The notes under the pieces: generated by a model
The model's input: the letters and a program-made list of their open reading frames with translations, nothing else
Told to the model about the DNA's origin: nothing
The model's database searches: none
Shown: positions 1 through 13,481 of the stretch, piece by piece
Position numbering within the stretch: the stretch's first letter is position 1
How the letters are laid out: each line of letters starts with the position of its first letter
NCBI GenBank assembly: GCA_010405405.1
Contig: MU004237.1
Location: 1,375,345-1,439,344 of the forward strand
DNA length: 64,000 bases
DNA from: Microthyrium microscopicum
Taxonomy: Eukaryota
Direction: 5' to 3'
Position numbers and translations under genes: made by a program

Positions 1-3000
1 TAATAGTAGCTCTCTAGTAATACTTATAAAGTTTAAAAAACTTAGTAATTTTAAAGGTAAACCTATATACTATAAATAGTAGAAGGAGAAGATATTAGAT
101 ATACTTCTTAATAAGAATATATACCTTTATGTTCCTATTAAAAAGAAGAAGATTAAGTTTATTTATATCTATTATATTAGCTTTACTTATAGTATTATAA
201 TTATATATAGAGGTTATAAGTTAAAGGATCCTTATAGTACTATAGAAGAGATATAGGTAGACCTAGATAGATATTATTACTCTAAGAACGCTTTTAAAGA
301 TACTAAGGTATAGCTAAAGTCCTTAAATACTAAAATAAAAGATATAGAAAGTCTTTAAGCCTTTATTAGCTACTTCTTAATAAATTTAGTAGATATAGAA
401 CTATCTAAGCGTAAGAAGATTATTAAATTATAAAATCTTATTAATTATAAGTTTATAGACTTACTAGTAAACTAGTATTTTAGTAGCTTTACTATATTTT
501 ATGCTTAACTTTACTTAGTTATATGCTAAATTAACTATAAGCTTATAGCTATAAATAATAACTTTTATAGCTATAATAATAATTAGTCTACTAATAAAGA
601 GGCCTAAAATAATAAAACTAGTAACGTTAACTATTTTATAGACGTCTTTAATGCCTTAAAAATAAATAAATATTATATTTATTATAGTTAAAAGGGTTAT
701 TACTACTTTAATAAGACTACTCTATATAAAGATTAGGAACCTTTATCTAATAATAAGATTAAAGCTTTAGTTATACCTTTAATAATAATATTTATAAAAG
801 TTTAAAAAGAATAGTAACCCTTTATAGAAGATACTACTAAGGATAATAATTATTAGTCTTTAAATTAGATGCTTCTTTATTAAGTTATAAGGAGGAGCTA
901 AATAAGACTAAAGCGTATAATAAAAGAAAGAAATATACCTTTAATATTAATACTAAGTACGTAAAGGATATATTTTGTTATTATAATAAAGAGTAGTATT
1001 AAAATACTAAGAAAGCTAAAGAAATATTCTATTAGGTAAAGAAAGACTATAAAAATATTAAAGAAAAGATATAAAAAAAAACTAAAAAGATACTTAGTTA
1101 CTTTTATTAGTATATTTAGCGCCTTAAGTATAAAGATACTATTTATAAAGAATAAGTCTTATTAGTATACTTATACGCTATCTATATCTTACTAGCTTTT
1201 ATTATATTAGTAGTATAGCCTTAAGATATTAAAAAGAAAGATCCTATTATTAGATTATAATAAACTATTATTAGCTTAGTATTTATACTATAGCGTTTAA
1301 CCTACTCTAATGTTAGTATTTTAATTAATACTAGTAGTAGCGTAATAGAAATTATTAACCCTTATTATCTTTAGTAATATAATATTTCTACTTTTTAATT
1401 AGCTTATTTATACTTAGTAATACTTACTAATAGCAAGTTAGTATCTATAGTTAATAAAGCTACTATCCTTAACTTATATATTAAATACTACGTTAAGTAG
1501 ATTAGCTATTTTATTATAAAAGTAGCCTCTTATAATCTAATCCTAAGAGTACTCTAGCTAGATTAATATAAAGTTAACTTATATAGAGGATTAAGAATAT
1601 TAACCTTCTATAATATAAGATATATTATAAATTATATTATATTATAACGCTTTATTACTATAAACCTAAAAGGATAATTTATAAACTTAGAATTACTTAA
1701 AGAATTAGATATCGCTTTTATATTAATAGTAGCGTTTAAGAAACTAATAAAGCGTAAAGATGCTATAGTTAATATATTCTAACCTAAAGATTTTAATAAT
1801 AAAAAAGAAAAGAAACCTCCTAATAGCGACAAAAATAATAATAATAGATTTACTATAAACCTTACTATATATGCTATATTAGAGGAAGATTATTTTAAAT
1901 AGTAAAATAAGTAAGATTACTCTTATCTTTTAAAAGAGAAAATCTTAAAACTTATTTTAGAATATTTCTATTAATATTTTAAAGTCTTTAATCTAAAGTG
2001 TTTAAATATCCTTATACCTTACTATAGTAAATATAACTACGCTATTAACTTTATCCTTAACGCTAAAATTCTAAAATGCTAATCTATATTAATATTGCTA
2101 AAGTAAGCCTTAGTTATTAAATAATATATTAAAAGTCTACTTTAGTAAAGTTTTACTATAGGTTTAAAGTCTTAGTATACTATACCTATACTCTATATAA
2201 GCAAACTAGGGGAAGGTATTTACGTCTATATTAATTACTATAGATTAAATAATATTATAGTTAAGAATAGTAACGTTCTATTACTTATTAGCAAAATGCT
2301 TATATGCTTTATAAAGGCTAAATACTACTCTAAGTTTAATATTATTACTACTTTTAAACGTATTTATATTAAACTTAATAATAAATATAAAATAGTATTC
2401 TTAATATACTATAGCCTATTTAAGTTTAAAGTACTACCCTTTAGCCTTATAGAAGGATTAGGGATATTCTAAGCGTATATTAATTATATACTAATATAGT
2501 TTTTAGACGACTTTATAATTATCTACTTAGATAATATTCTAGTATTTAGTAAAATATTAAAAGAATATAATACTTATATATACTTAGTACTAGACGCTTT
2601 AGAACGTATAAGCTTATTTCTTAATATTAAGAAGTTAGAGTTTGCTATTTAAGAAGTAAAATACCTTAGTCTAATTATTACTATAAAAGGCATTAAGATA
2701 GACTCCTTAAAGGTTAATGCTATAGTTAACTAGGAATAACTAAGTTATTTTAAAGATATATAGGCATTCCTTAGATTTACTAATTTCTATTAATAATTTA
2801 TTTTTAATTACTCTACTATAGTAGTACTATTAATAAATTTTACTTAGAAGAATGCCCTAGCTATGTTTCCTTAGGACCCTAATAGGCCTAAGGAATAAGC
2901 TTTTAAGAAGCTAAAAGTAGACTTTACTAGTATACTAATTCTATAATACTTTAATTATACTAAGGAAACTTAAATAGAAATAGATATATTAGATTAAGCT

Positions 3001-5783
3001 TACGCTACTATATTATTATAAAAAGATATAAATAGTAATTTAAGACTAGTTGCCTTTCTCTTTAAAAAGATGTTACTAGCGGAATATAATTATAATATTT
3101 ATAATAAAGAACTACTTACTATTATTTACGCCTTTAAAGAGTAGAAACTTAAGTTATTTAGTACTAAAGATATTATAAAGGTATTCTTAGATTACTAGAA
3201 CCTTTAAATCTTTATAAAGACTAAGAAGCTTATATGCTATTAAATATGCTAGGCTAAATTCTTATTATAATTCTATTTTTTAATTAAATACTACTCTAGT
3301 AAAGATAATAATAAAGCTAATACTTTAATCTAAAGATTATAAAACGTATCCTAAAGTAATAAAGACTTATAGATTAAGTAATAGTATTAACTACTTCTAT
3401 TCCTATATTAATTTAGTACTAAATAAGCTATTAAGCTAGCTATAATCCTTATTAACCTAATTACCTTATCCTTTATATAGATAGCTATACTTACGTTAGA
3501 TAAGTTAGATATTACTATAGTAAGAGAGTCTAATTTAGAACCTATTATAGGGAGCTCTTAGAATAGAGCTCTAGCTAGTTTAGATAATTTACTACTAGTT
3601 AATACTAAATCCTTAGACTTTAATTTAGAGTAGTTTATATAGAAAGTAATAAAGGTAAGTAAGAGAGATAAGTTACTAATTATAATTTAACTAGTAAAAG
3701 TATAGAAAGACTACTTCTTACTCTTTAGAGTGCTAGATTAAGATTAAATTAAATTAATAGATTATAAAGCCCTACTAAATAGTACTATCCTTTATTAATA
3801 GAAGCTATTTATATTAATAACGTATTTACGGAATAAAGTAATAAAATAAGTATATTAATATAAAGTTATAGGTTATAGAGGAACTATAATAACCTATTAC
3901 TATCTTTAATAAGATTATTAGTAGCTAAGAATGTTAGAATATATTAAGAAATATATTAAAGGTTATTACTATATCTTTTTAAAATTAATACGCTAAAAAA
4001 AATAAGGGCTTCTTTATTTATTTTCTTTACTAAATTAGGCTTAGTCTAATATCTCTATAGACTTTACTATCTTACTACTACGCTATACCTACTAGGGTAT
4101 AGTTTACTAATATATCATAGTTATTATTAATTATTTAATATAATTATAATAATTTATTACCCTCCTAAGTCTTTTAGTAGAAATAATAGTTATAGTATTT
4201 ATTAATTAAGTATAGAAGCTATATAGTTAGCTAGACTCTATTCTTTTAGATTAAGAAACTTAATTTATATTAGCCTTTTAGAGTTACCTATATAAACGTA
4301 TAGGCGTTATATTAAGATTAAGTACTATATAGTATCTAGAATCTAATAGTATTACTAAAATAACTATTACTATCTTAAAATAGTATCTTAGATCCTTTAT
4401 TAATTAGGATTAGGATAATTAGGTAGCTCTTTTACTATTTACTAAATTTATAGTAAATTTTATTATAAGTGCTACTACTAGTTTTATACCTTTTAAGGCA
4501 TAAAATAGTTTTCTACTAAAATTAGGACTTAAGTCTACTTACTATTTATTACCTAAAGTATTATACGCTTTTATTATAGCGTATAAAGAAGTCGTTACTA
4601 CTAATTAAGTATAGGATAGTTAAAAGAAGCTTTATAAGTTCTTAAAGAAGTAATTAGTATAGGCTTAGGCTTAATAAAAGCTCTACGCTAATAAGTATTA
4701 ATATCTAGTATTAGATCTTTATCCTAAGGACTAAATACGTCTTAATATTTAAAATTATAATATAACTTACCCTTTAAAAATACTTAATAGTAAAAATACT
4801 AATCCCTTTAAGGTATTGTACAAAATTAATAGAGTAACCTATAAATTAGATTTTCCTAAATTAATAAAGATATACCTAGTATTCTATACCTAGCTACTAT
4901 ATTTAATTAATAATAATATATACTTATTATAGGAATTAAACCTACCCCTAGTAGTTATTAGTAAAAAAGAAGGTAAAGAGAAATAGCTTATTAATACTAT
5001 TATTAATAGTAAATAGAATAGTAGGAGTAAGAATAAGGTACTTAAATATAAGATTAAATAGATAGAATTTTATAATAAAACTTAGTAGCCTTAGAAAGAT
5101 ACTATTAATATACCTAATACTATATTAGAATTCTATAAGCTTTATCCTTAAAAGCCTAGTCTATACCCTTCTTAGTCTCTACTAGTAAATAAAGTTAAAG
5201 AAGAAGATTATAATACTAATAAACTACTTATAAATTAGAATTATATAGTATAAAAAGTATTATATTTATTTATTTTTACTAAAAATATTATATCTCTAGT
5301 TTAGTTTTTAATTTATACTACTAAAAAAATTATAGAATACTATAAACTAGCTTAAATAGATATCTTTTTCTTTATTAAATAGATTTAAATAGTACTAAGG
5401 TAAGTAGATAGTATATTACTATATTCCTTAATAGTAATATATATAAAAGAGTTTTATATTTATATAGACTAGCTTAGCCTAGCCTAGATTAGCCTAGACT
5501 AAACTAGAATAAATTAGATTAAGATATAGCCTATAAAGTCTATTTTAGAGGAGGGAAGTTATATAAGGAATCCTTATAGGTTTAGTATTATAGTATTTAG
5601 ATATAGAGATTTAATCTTATAGATAAGATCTCTTTATTCTATTTAGGGTTAGTATGTCTAAGGATCCCTTAGGCCTTATATCTTTATATCTATAGCTATA
5701 TCTCTAGATCTCTTCTCTCTATACTTAGATCCTATAATACTAGCTACTTTCTACTTACCTATTGCGCCCATTAGCTCCTCATA
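1..5783 (+). mobile_element. Ty3/Gypsy chromovirus-type LTR retrotransposon (element 1), RIP-inactivated; 5' part lies outside the window
   Basis: RIP-degraded pol motifs in order: protease LI(D>N)T at ~1321, RT IYLD(D>N)ILVFS at 2521, RNase H NY(D)IY(D)KELL at ~3088, integrase at ~4040-4500, chromodomain-like YKIKW at ~5047. Polypurine tract AGAGGAGGGAAG at 5547-5558 precedes an LTR. Many TAA/TAG stops; CpA/TpG almost absent. Confidence 0.9.
5562..5783 (+). repeat. 3' LTR of Gypsy element 1 (~222 bp)
   Basis: Begins TATAAG (RIPed TGTAAG) just after the PPT and ends CTCATA (RIPed ..CACA). Co-linear similarity to the reverse complement of the element-2 LTR (shared GGGTTAGTA..CTAAGGATC and TCTAGATCT blocks). 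Ends inferred. Confidence 0.7.
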
Positions 5784-5829
5784 GCTACTAAGTATTTATA
5801 TGCCTCCTTCTAACGTTAGATAGTCCTTC
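5784..5829 (-). mobile_element. 46-bp fragment of the hAT transposase lying between the two Gypsy insertions
   Basis: Removing element 2 and one CCTTC copy joins 13482 to 5824, and the minus-strand frame continues (..TTTI-R-R-T-I-*-R-*-K-E-A-Y-K-Y-L-V). Confidence 0.65.
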
Positions 5830-6056
5830 TGTAACGAGCTACGGAACTTAGAGCGAGCAGATAATTAGATTATATTCTAGAATCTATAAATAGGAGAGAG
5901 AGAGAAGAAGATCTAGAAGAGCTACAGATCTATGAGGGAAATAAGTCCGCTTAGTAGATCCTTAGGCGTACTAACCTTCTTAAGTTTAGTGCGTAATCTT
6001 ATAATAAGATCTCTCTTATAATACTACTATAAAGCCTATAAAGAGGAATTATTATA
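5830..6056 (-). repeat. 3' LTR of Gypsy element 2
   Basis: Direct repeat of 13255-13481, same length, differences are transitions only. Confidence 0.95.
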
Positions 6057-6133
6057 TAACCCTCCCTTTTAGTATAGCTTTCTAGGCTATAGACTACTAA
6101 TTATATCTACTTTCTTAATCTATTCTATTCTAA

Positions 6134-6176
6134 TCTAGTCTAGTCTAGTCTAGTCTAGTCTAGTCTAGTCTAGTCT
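6134..6176. repeat. (TCTAG)8 pentanucleotide microsatellite in the 3' UTR of element 2
   Basis: Perfect tandem TCTAG units; a degenerate counterpart lies at ~5466-5520 in element 1. Confidence 0.9.
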
Positions 6177-9100
6177 TATAAACTTTTAGTAATAAATAAT
6201 ATTTTAATCCTTTTATAGTATAATACTAACTTTACTAGTCTTTTAGAGTATCTTAACCTCTAGCCTACTAAGATAACTATTAAGAAGTATTAATAAACCT
6301 TAAAATATCCTTAGAATACTCTAGTTCTTAAGTCTTAGTAGTTTAGTAGTTAGTAATCCTATTAATATAAGAGAATTAGTAGTATAATTATTTACTTTAC
6401 CTAATTAGTAAAAATACTATTAGAGTTATAATTAATACTATTACTAGTAGGCTCTAGTATTAGTAGTATCTAGGTAAGATATAGGCCTAGCTTACTAAGG
6501 TGCTAAGTATAAAACTTAGTAATAAGCTCTAGCATATTCTTAGTAGCTATCTAATTATACTATTTAGCTTTATTATAATTAGTATACTTAATCTTATATT
6601 ATAGCTTCTTATATTAACTAGTAAAGTAGCTATTAATAATAGTATTAATAGACTATTTATTATTATTTATAGTTTCTTTAATAATTACTAGTAGTAGATT
6701 AGTATACTTAAGTAGCTTAGCATTATCTATAATATAATAAAAGACCTAGGCATAGAAGATATTATACATTTTTATAAAAGAAAGGAGATTAAGTTTATAA
6801 GTAATAGTATTAATTTTCTTAATTATATAAAAGGAACCTATATTCTTATTATCTAAAGTCTTTAAGGAATATAAAGTAAGGTAGTTCTATATATCTAAGT
6901 AAACTTAGTTACTTAGTAGTAGGTCTAAAGCTATATAGTAATAGTAGTTAGTATATTCTACTTATTAAGCTTATACCTAGATTAATTACTCTATTAAGTA
7001 ATTATATATCTTAGCGTAACCTTTCTATATTATATCTATATTAATAGCTTCCTTATTAGTAGCTATAGAAGCATTTATAGATTTTAGAAGGCAATATAAG
7101 GACTTAAGGCCTAAATAAGGGTTAAATCCATTTTAAGCTTTAAAAGGTATAACTCCTATAGTAGCGTTTATAGTAGAATTAACTATAAATTTAGTAAAGG
7201 GTAAAAGGGCTATTTAGTTATTTTAATCCTAGTTAATAAATACGTATAAGAACTACTTAAATATAGTAACTAAGATTTCTATTATACTATTAGTTTTAGG
7301 GTAAAATACTATACTAAGATAGAGTATTATACCTACGCGTTTATATAAGCGCTTCTAAAATATAAAAGTAAATTAGCTACTATAGTTTAAAAGAATTATT
7401 AATAGCTAGCTAATAAGCTTCTATATATAGTTAATAAAGGCTAGTACTATTAAGTCTATAGATAAGTCTAGTAGTAGAATAAAATATTAAGTCTATATAT
7501 ATTAGTTAATAACTACTATAACGTATTAGTAGATTATACCTTAGTATAAATAGTAAGATAATAAGATAGTAAAGTTAATAAAGATATTAGACTATATATA
7601 CTTAAGGAGAAGGAATTAATATAGGAAGCCTTACTTCTTTTAGTAAATAGGTTTAGTAAATATATATTTATAGCCTTTAATAAAGCTTTTAATATTCTAT
7701 AATATTTTAGGCTACTAGTAATCTTCTTATAAGTAATAATAAGTTATTACTACTTTACTATAGCCTATAGCTTTATAACTATATATACTCTATATAGCGT
7801 AATGCTAAAGCTTATCTTAAAGAATAAAAATTTAATTATAATAAAAGATTATCTTATTAGTAGCTACTACGTAGTTTCTAAGCTTAATTTATTCTTATTC
7901 TAGAATACTAAAGAGTAAGAAGAGCTAGTAGTTAATTTTAGTATAATAAATAGCAATTATTATTTTATTATGCTCTACTACGTTTATAATATCTTATAAA
8001 AACTAGTTGCTATTAAAATCTAAGGATAGATTATCTTCTAAGGGATTAAGTAGCTTACTCTTAGGCGTCTTATTATTACTAAAAGACTCTTCTATAGGAT
8101 TAAGTAGCTTACCTATAAGACTAGAAATATTTAACTTATCCTAAATAATAGTAGCTAAGTATAGTATTAAGAGGTAAGTAGGTTTAATAAGTAATATAGC
8201 TAGCTTTACTACGTACTCTATATTAAATTAATATAAGAATAGTAAAGATTAAACTTATTAAGAGACGTAAGGGTTATTATTACTTTATAAAATATCTTAT
8301 AACTAATAGGTAAAGGTATCTACCTTTCTATTAGCTATACCTAAGTAGTACTTTATTTTAAAGTAAAACTAGGAGAGGAACTTAGCCTATCTAGCTTATT
8401 ATTAAGAAAGATGTTTTATTATTATAAATATTTAAAGATTATAGTAATTAGAGAATACTTAAATAAGGTTAATAGAGCTAAATAGCTCTAATTCCTATTT
8501 TTTAAATATGTAAATAATAGCTAGAAGCTCTTTATCGTAAATATTATAATTATATTCTACTAAGGTTATCTTCTTTAAGAGGTACGTAACTAAATAAAGC
8601 TTTTTATTATTACTTTTTTAAGAAAGAACTATAGTATAGACCTAATCTAAGGTATCTATCTCTAGTTATATTTTTTTATATAGTTAAAGTAATATAATAT
8701 CTTAATAAACGTAAAGTTTTATTTTAGCTTCTTAAACGTACGTTCCTTTAGCTTATTAAAGTTCTAAGGAAAGATTACTATAGCGTTCTTCTTTATAAGT
8801 ATTATTAGTAATATTATAGTCTTTAAATATTTAAGAATAAATTAGTAATAGAAGTTAGTAAAGCTAAGAAAAGCTTAAACGTCTTTTACTAAAAAGAGAC
8901 GTTACTAGTTAACTACGCTTTAAACCTTCTTTAAGTCTATCTTAATGCCTTTAGTAGTAATAATTAAGCTAAGGTATTTAACTTATTAAGTATTAAATTT
9001 ATACTTCTAGATATCTAAATATAATTCTACTTTACTTATTACTTTTAAAACTAGGTAGGTATAAATAATATAGCTAGCTTTAGTATTACTAAAGACTAAT

Positions 9101-12100
9101 AAATTATCTATATAGCCTATAATAAAGTTATTTAAGTAATTAATTAGAATATAGTTAAGATAAGCTTAGAAAGTCTCTAGGGCTCTAGTAAGGCTAAAGG
9201 GCATAACTTTAAATTTATATAACTTATAATAAGTTAAGAATATAGTTTTGTATTTATTACTAGGTTTAATATAGATATACGTAAAGATAATAATAACATT
9301 AAATTTAGAGAAGTATTTTATATAATAGATATAGGTTAAAGTTTCTAGTAGCTATAAAAGAACGTTATAATTCTTTTATGTAATCTTATTAAGTTTATAG
9401 TAGTTAATATAAATTTAAATTCCTCCTCCTAGCTTATATATATATAGTATTAGTATAGCGTAATATAATTTACTAGCTTAAACTTAGTTTTAGCTAAGTA
9501 TCTAATTAACGTATTATTTAATAATAAGGGATTCCTAGTAACCTAGGCTATTATAGTAACGTTTAAGAATTATAGCGTCTAAAATAATATTAATAGAGTA
9601 ATCCTATTCGCTATAGTATAATACAAGTTTATTACCTAGCTTAGGATTAAAGACGTCTATATAATAGTAATATTCTTTTAGTAAGCATTTAAGAATCTCT
9701 TCTTATAAAAAAGGAGGCTTATTATATTTCTTTTACTACTTTTTAAAGTCCTTAGGTAAGATTTTGCCTAAGTTAATAGTAATATCTTCTTTAAGTACTA
9801 AGTCTAGGTCTAGAGGTTTCTTATTCTTCTTATTTTTAAAATTGTTAGGCTAGATTTTACTAAATTACTAGCCTTATTTAAGTAACTTAATAAAAATAGT
9901 AGTACTAACTATAGTAATATTCTTAAAGTAAGAATTAGTTAGGTTAACTAAGTAGCCTTTATAATCTACTAAGATTAGATAACTAGCTAGTAGATAGTAT
10001 ACTAGGTAGTAGTCTAAATTAAAGAGGATTTACTTTTTCTTTCCTTTAAGAGTAACCTTATAGAGGTTAATTTATAAGTTACTTAGAATAAGGTTATAGC
10101 TAGCAACGTTTATAATAAAGTAGTAAATCTATTTAATATATCTTCCTAAATAGATGTTAACTATAATAGCTTTATTAACTTTTATAATAGCCTTACTATT
10201 AGCTAATTATATAATTTAAGAAGTAAAGAGATTAATAGTAAGGATCTTATATTATTTAATAAAGTTAGAGTAGATAATTCTTATTGCTTTACTTCTAATA
10301 TCTATAAGGATATTAATTTTTAAGTAGTAGCCTTACTTTAAAAAGAATATAGTACTATAAGTAGTCTACTAATTACTTACTATAAGTATAGTAGCTACTT
10401 CTTAAGAATAGAAATTATATACTATAGAGGTAAAGGATATTTTAATAATAGCTAATTTAGTATTATTAAATATAATAGGCTTTAAGAATAATACTTATTA
10501 AAGATTACCTTCTAGGCGTTAGATAGTCTTATTAACCTTATATTAGATTTATTCTTTAAAGAGAACTAGCTTAAGATTAGGTTTCTTCTTCTTCTATCGC
10601 TAATTATACGTTTCTTACTTATTTAGCTTCTTTATACGTCTCTACGAAGGAGTTTTTAATTTTTTATATTATTACTATAATTATACTTATTATAATTATT
10701 CTTTATAGTTAAAGACTAAAGAGATTAAGTAGTAATTTAATTATAAATAGTAGCAAACTTTATAATAATAGCTATAACCTTTAGTTATATTTTAGTATCT
10801 AATAAGGCGTCTCTATTTTTATATAGTACTTTATTTTACTAGTAACTATAACTTTTTTTACTATATTTTATATAGTAGTTATTTATTTTTAATATATTAT
10901 AAATTTCTAAAGGATAGTTATATTTAGGCTTTTATCTACTACTTTTAGCTACTAGGTAATTATTATTATTATAGCTACGTAAATTTATAAAAAGGACGTA
11001 TTTAATATAATAAGCTATAGTATATAGGCTTTCTAAGAAGTTAGTAAAGGTCTTTAATTCTATAAAGAGTACTCTTTCTATAAACTTTAGAAGTAAGAAA
11101 GGTTATATTTTAATAATCTTATCTTAATTACTTAGTTTAGCTTTATATAAATTCTTTAAGAAGTAAGCTAAGAACTCTTTAAGTTTCTTAGTAGGCTTTA
11201 TTATAGCTTCTTAACTCTTAAGCTAGGTTTTAGTAATAATATAACTATCCTTAATACTATATTTATAATCTAAATTAGACTATATTTCTATAATAAATAA
11301 ATATAAGTTAGTTAACTTATAGTTACTTTACTTATTAATAATACTAAACGCTTAGTCCTTTATTACTCTTTAGATAACTTAGATCTTAAAGGCTTTAGTA
11401 AAGTAGACTTAAGTATTATTATTTAGGTAGTTTAGCATTTTATCTTTTTAAGTATAATACTTCTATTTATTCTTTCTAAAGAAGAGTAAAGGCTTATTAC
11501 CTTATACTTTAAGGAAGAAGGCGCTACTAACTAAGTTAAGGTTAAAGAAGAGAATAGTTTAATATAAGTCTAGTACCTCTAGAGGTATATTTAAGCTAGG
11601 TTAATCTATATCTTAAGCTAAAAAGGTCTAGTAAAATAGATTATTATTTATTAACTTATTATAATTAAGATAGGGATTAGCCGCTTTAGTAGCTAAGAGT
11701 TTCTTTTAGAGAGCGTTAACCTAAGCTTAAAGAATAGTAGCTTTATTTACCTTCTTTTATAAAGCTTTATAGTATTTACTAATCTTATTAATATAGATAG
11801 TAAAGGCTTCCTTAAGTAGATTATTATTATATTATAGTTCTTATACCTTTTAATAGGTAGTTACTACTTCCTTAAGAGCAATAGTACTATCTTAAATTTA
11901 TACTTTTAAGTAAATAATCTACTTTACGCGTTTATTATTAGTTTTAACTAAGTTCTATATTTCTCTCTAAGCTTTTAGAGCTTCTTCCTAAAGAGTATAG
12001 ATTAAGTCTATATTATAAGTATTTATATTCTACTTAATTTTAAAAAGGTAGGCTATAGTTTAAAAAGCTAATAATAAGGTATAGAGCTATATAACTAAGT

Positions 12101-13254
12101 TATTTAGTATAAACTCTCTTTTTAATAGATATTCTAAGTCTATACTTAATTTAATTAAGTAGTAAAAGTAGTAGTAAAGGTTTAATTACTTTTCTTTATA
12201 ATAGAGGTATATTCCTATATCTTTTAGCTTATTACCTTCTTTATTAAGTATCTTTTATACTTAAGTAGCTTAGAAAATTAAAGGGTTCTTATTAATAGTT
12301 AGAGTAACTAGTTAATTAAGGTTTACTACTATAAGATAATAAGATATTAATATAGGTAGTACTCTAAAGCTTTTAGCTTATTAGCATAGTTCTATTAGCT
12401 ATTTATATATTCTAAGAGAAAGTCTAGTATTATTATTAAGTTAAAAAAGAGCTAGTAGTTAATTATCTCTTATATTTATTTAGTTTAGTAAAGTTATTTA
12501 ACTAGTATTTTAAGGAGCATCTTCTAATGCTTTAGTCTCTTTACCTTTATAGCCTTATTCTAATAAATAATTATCTTTTAACTTATCTTTATCTTCTAAT
12601 AACGCTCTTAAGTCTAATTCTAGTAGTTTTAATAGTCTTAAGACGTTCTCTACTAAATCTACTACTTTCTAGGTAGTATCTAGTTATACTATATCTTAAG
12701 TATTAAGTCTACTTTAATACTTAGTACGTATAGTAAAGAGGCAATATAATAAAGATAAGTAACGTAAGTATATAAGAGATAGGGATTAATACTAATTATA
12801 AGACTAAGTATAAGTAACTAAGAATAGTAAGTAAGCTATATAGCTATTAACTTAGGTCTATTAGGTAGAAGCTTTATTAGCTATAGTTATAAATAATAAA
12901 GAAGAGTACTAAGAGAGAATACTTATTTATTTAGCGCGTTTTAATAGTAAGTATATTAAGTATAATTATAGATATTTAGTAGTAATATAGAAGATAAACT
13001 TTAGTATTCTATAGAACTAAAAATAAGAAATAATTAATACTTAGACTATTAATAGGTTAAAAAGTATTAGGAAATCCTAATGCTCTAATTAGATAAGGAG
13101 TTAACAAAGCTAATAGATTTAATAAATCTATAAAGGATCTTTAATAAGGTCTAAAACTATACGTATAAGATGCTAATCTATGTAGGCGCTTCTTTAGAAA
13201 TAAATTCTAGGGTACGTAATATAAATACATAATAATTAAATAGTTTATAGATTA

Positions 13255-13481
13255 TATAACGAGCTATGGAATTTAGAGCAAGCAGATAATTAGATTATAT
13301 TCTAGAATCTATAAATAAGAGAGAGAGAAAAGAAGATCTAGAAGAGTTATAGATCTACGAAGGAAGTAAGTCTGCTTAGCAGATCCTTAGGCGTACTAAC
13401 CCCCTTAGGTCTAGTACGTGATCTTGCAATAAGATCTCTCTTACAATACTGCTATGAAGCCTATAAAGAGGAATCATTACA
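13255..13481 (-). repeat. 5' LTR of Gypsy element 2
   Basis: Direct repeat of 5830-6056; ends CATTACA, followed by TSD CCTTC. Confidence 0.95.

Larger units (their letters stand above)
5830..13481 (-). mobile_element. Complete Ty3/Gypsy LTR retrotransposon (element 2, 7652 bp), RIP-inactivated
   Basis: Two 227-bp LTRs (TGTAA...TTACA). 5-bp TSD CCTTC at 5825-5829 and 13482-13486. Minus-strand PPT at ~6060-6070. Minus-strand RT motifs MPF(G)LT(G)A(P)ETF at ~9165-9204 and GY(M)D(D)LLVFS at ~9092-9120. RNase H NYNIYDKELLAII at ~8515-8555. Integrase and chromodomain remnants downstream. Confidence 0.95.

Noticed and set aside
6134..6176. Tandem repeat as a CRISPR array or telomere
   Set aside because: Simple 5-mer microsatellite with no spacers; not TTAGGG; eukaryotic context.
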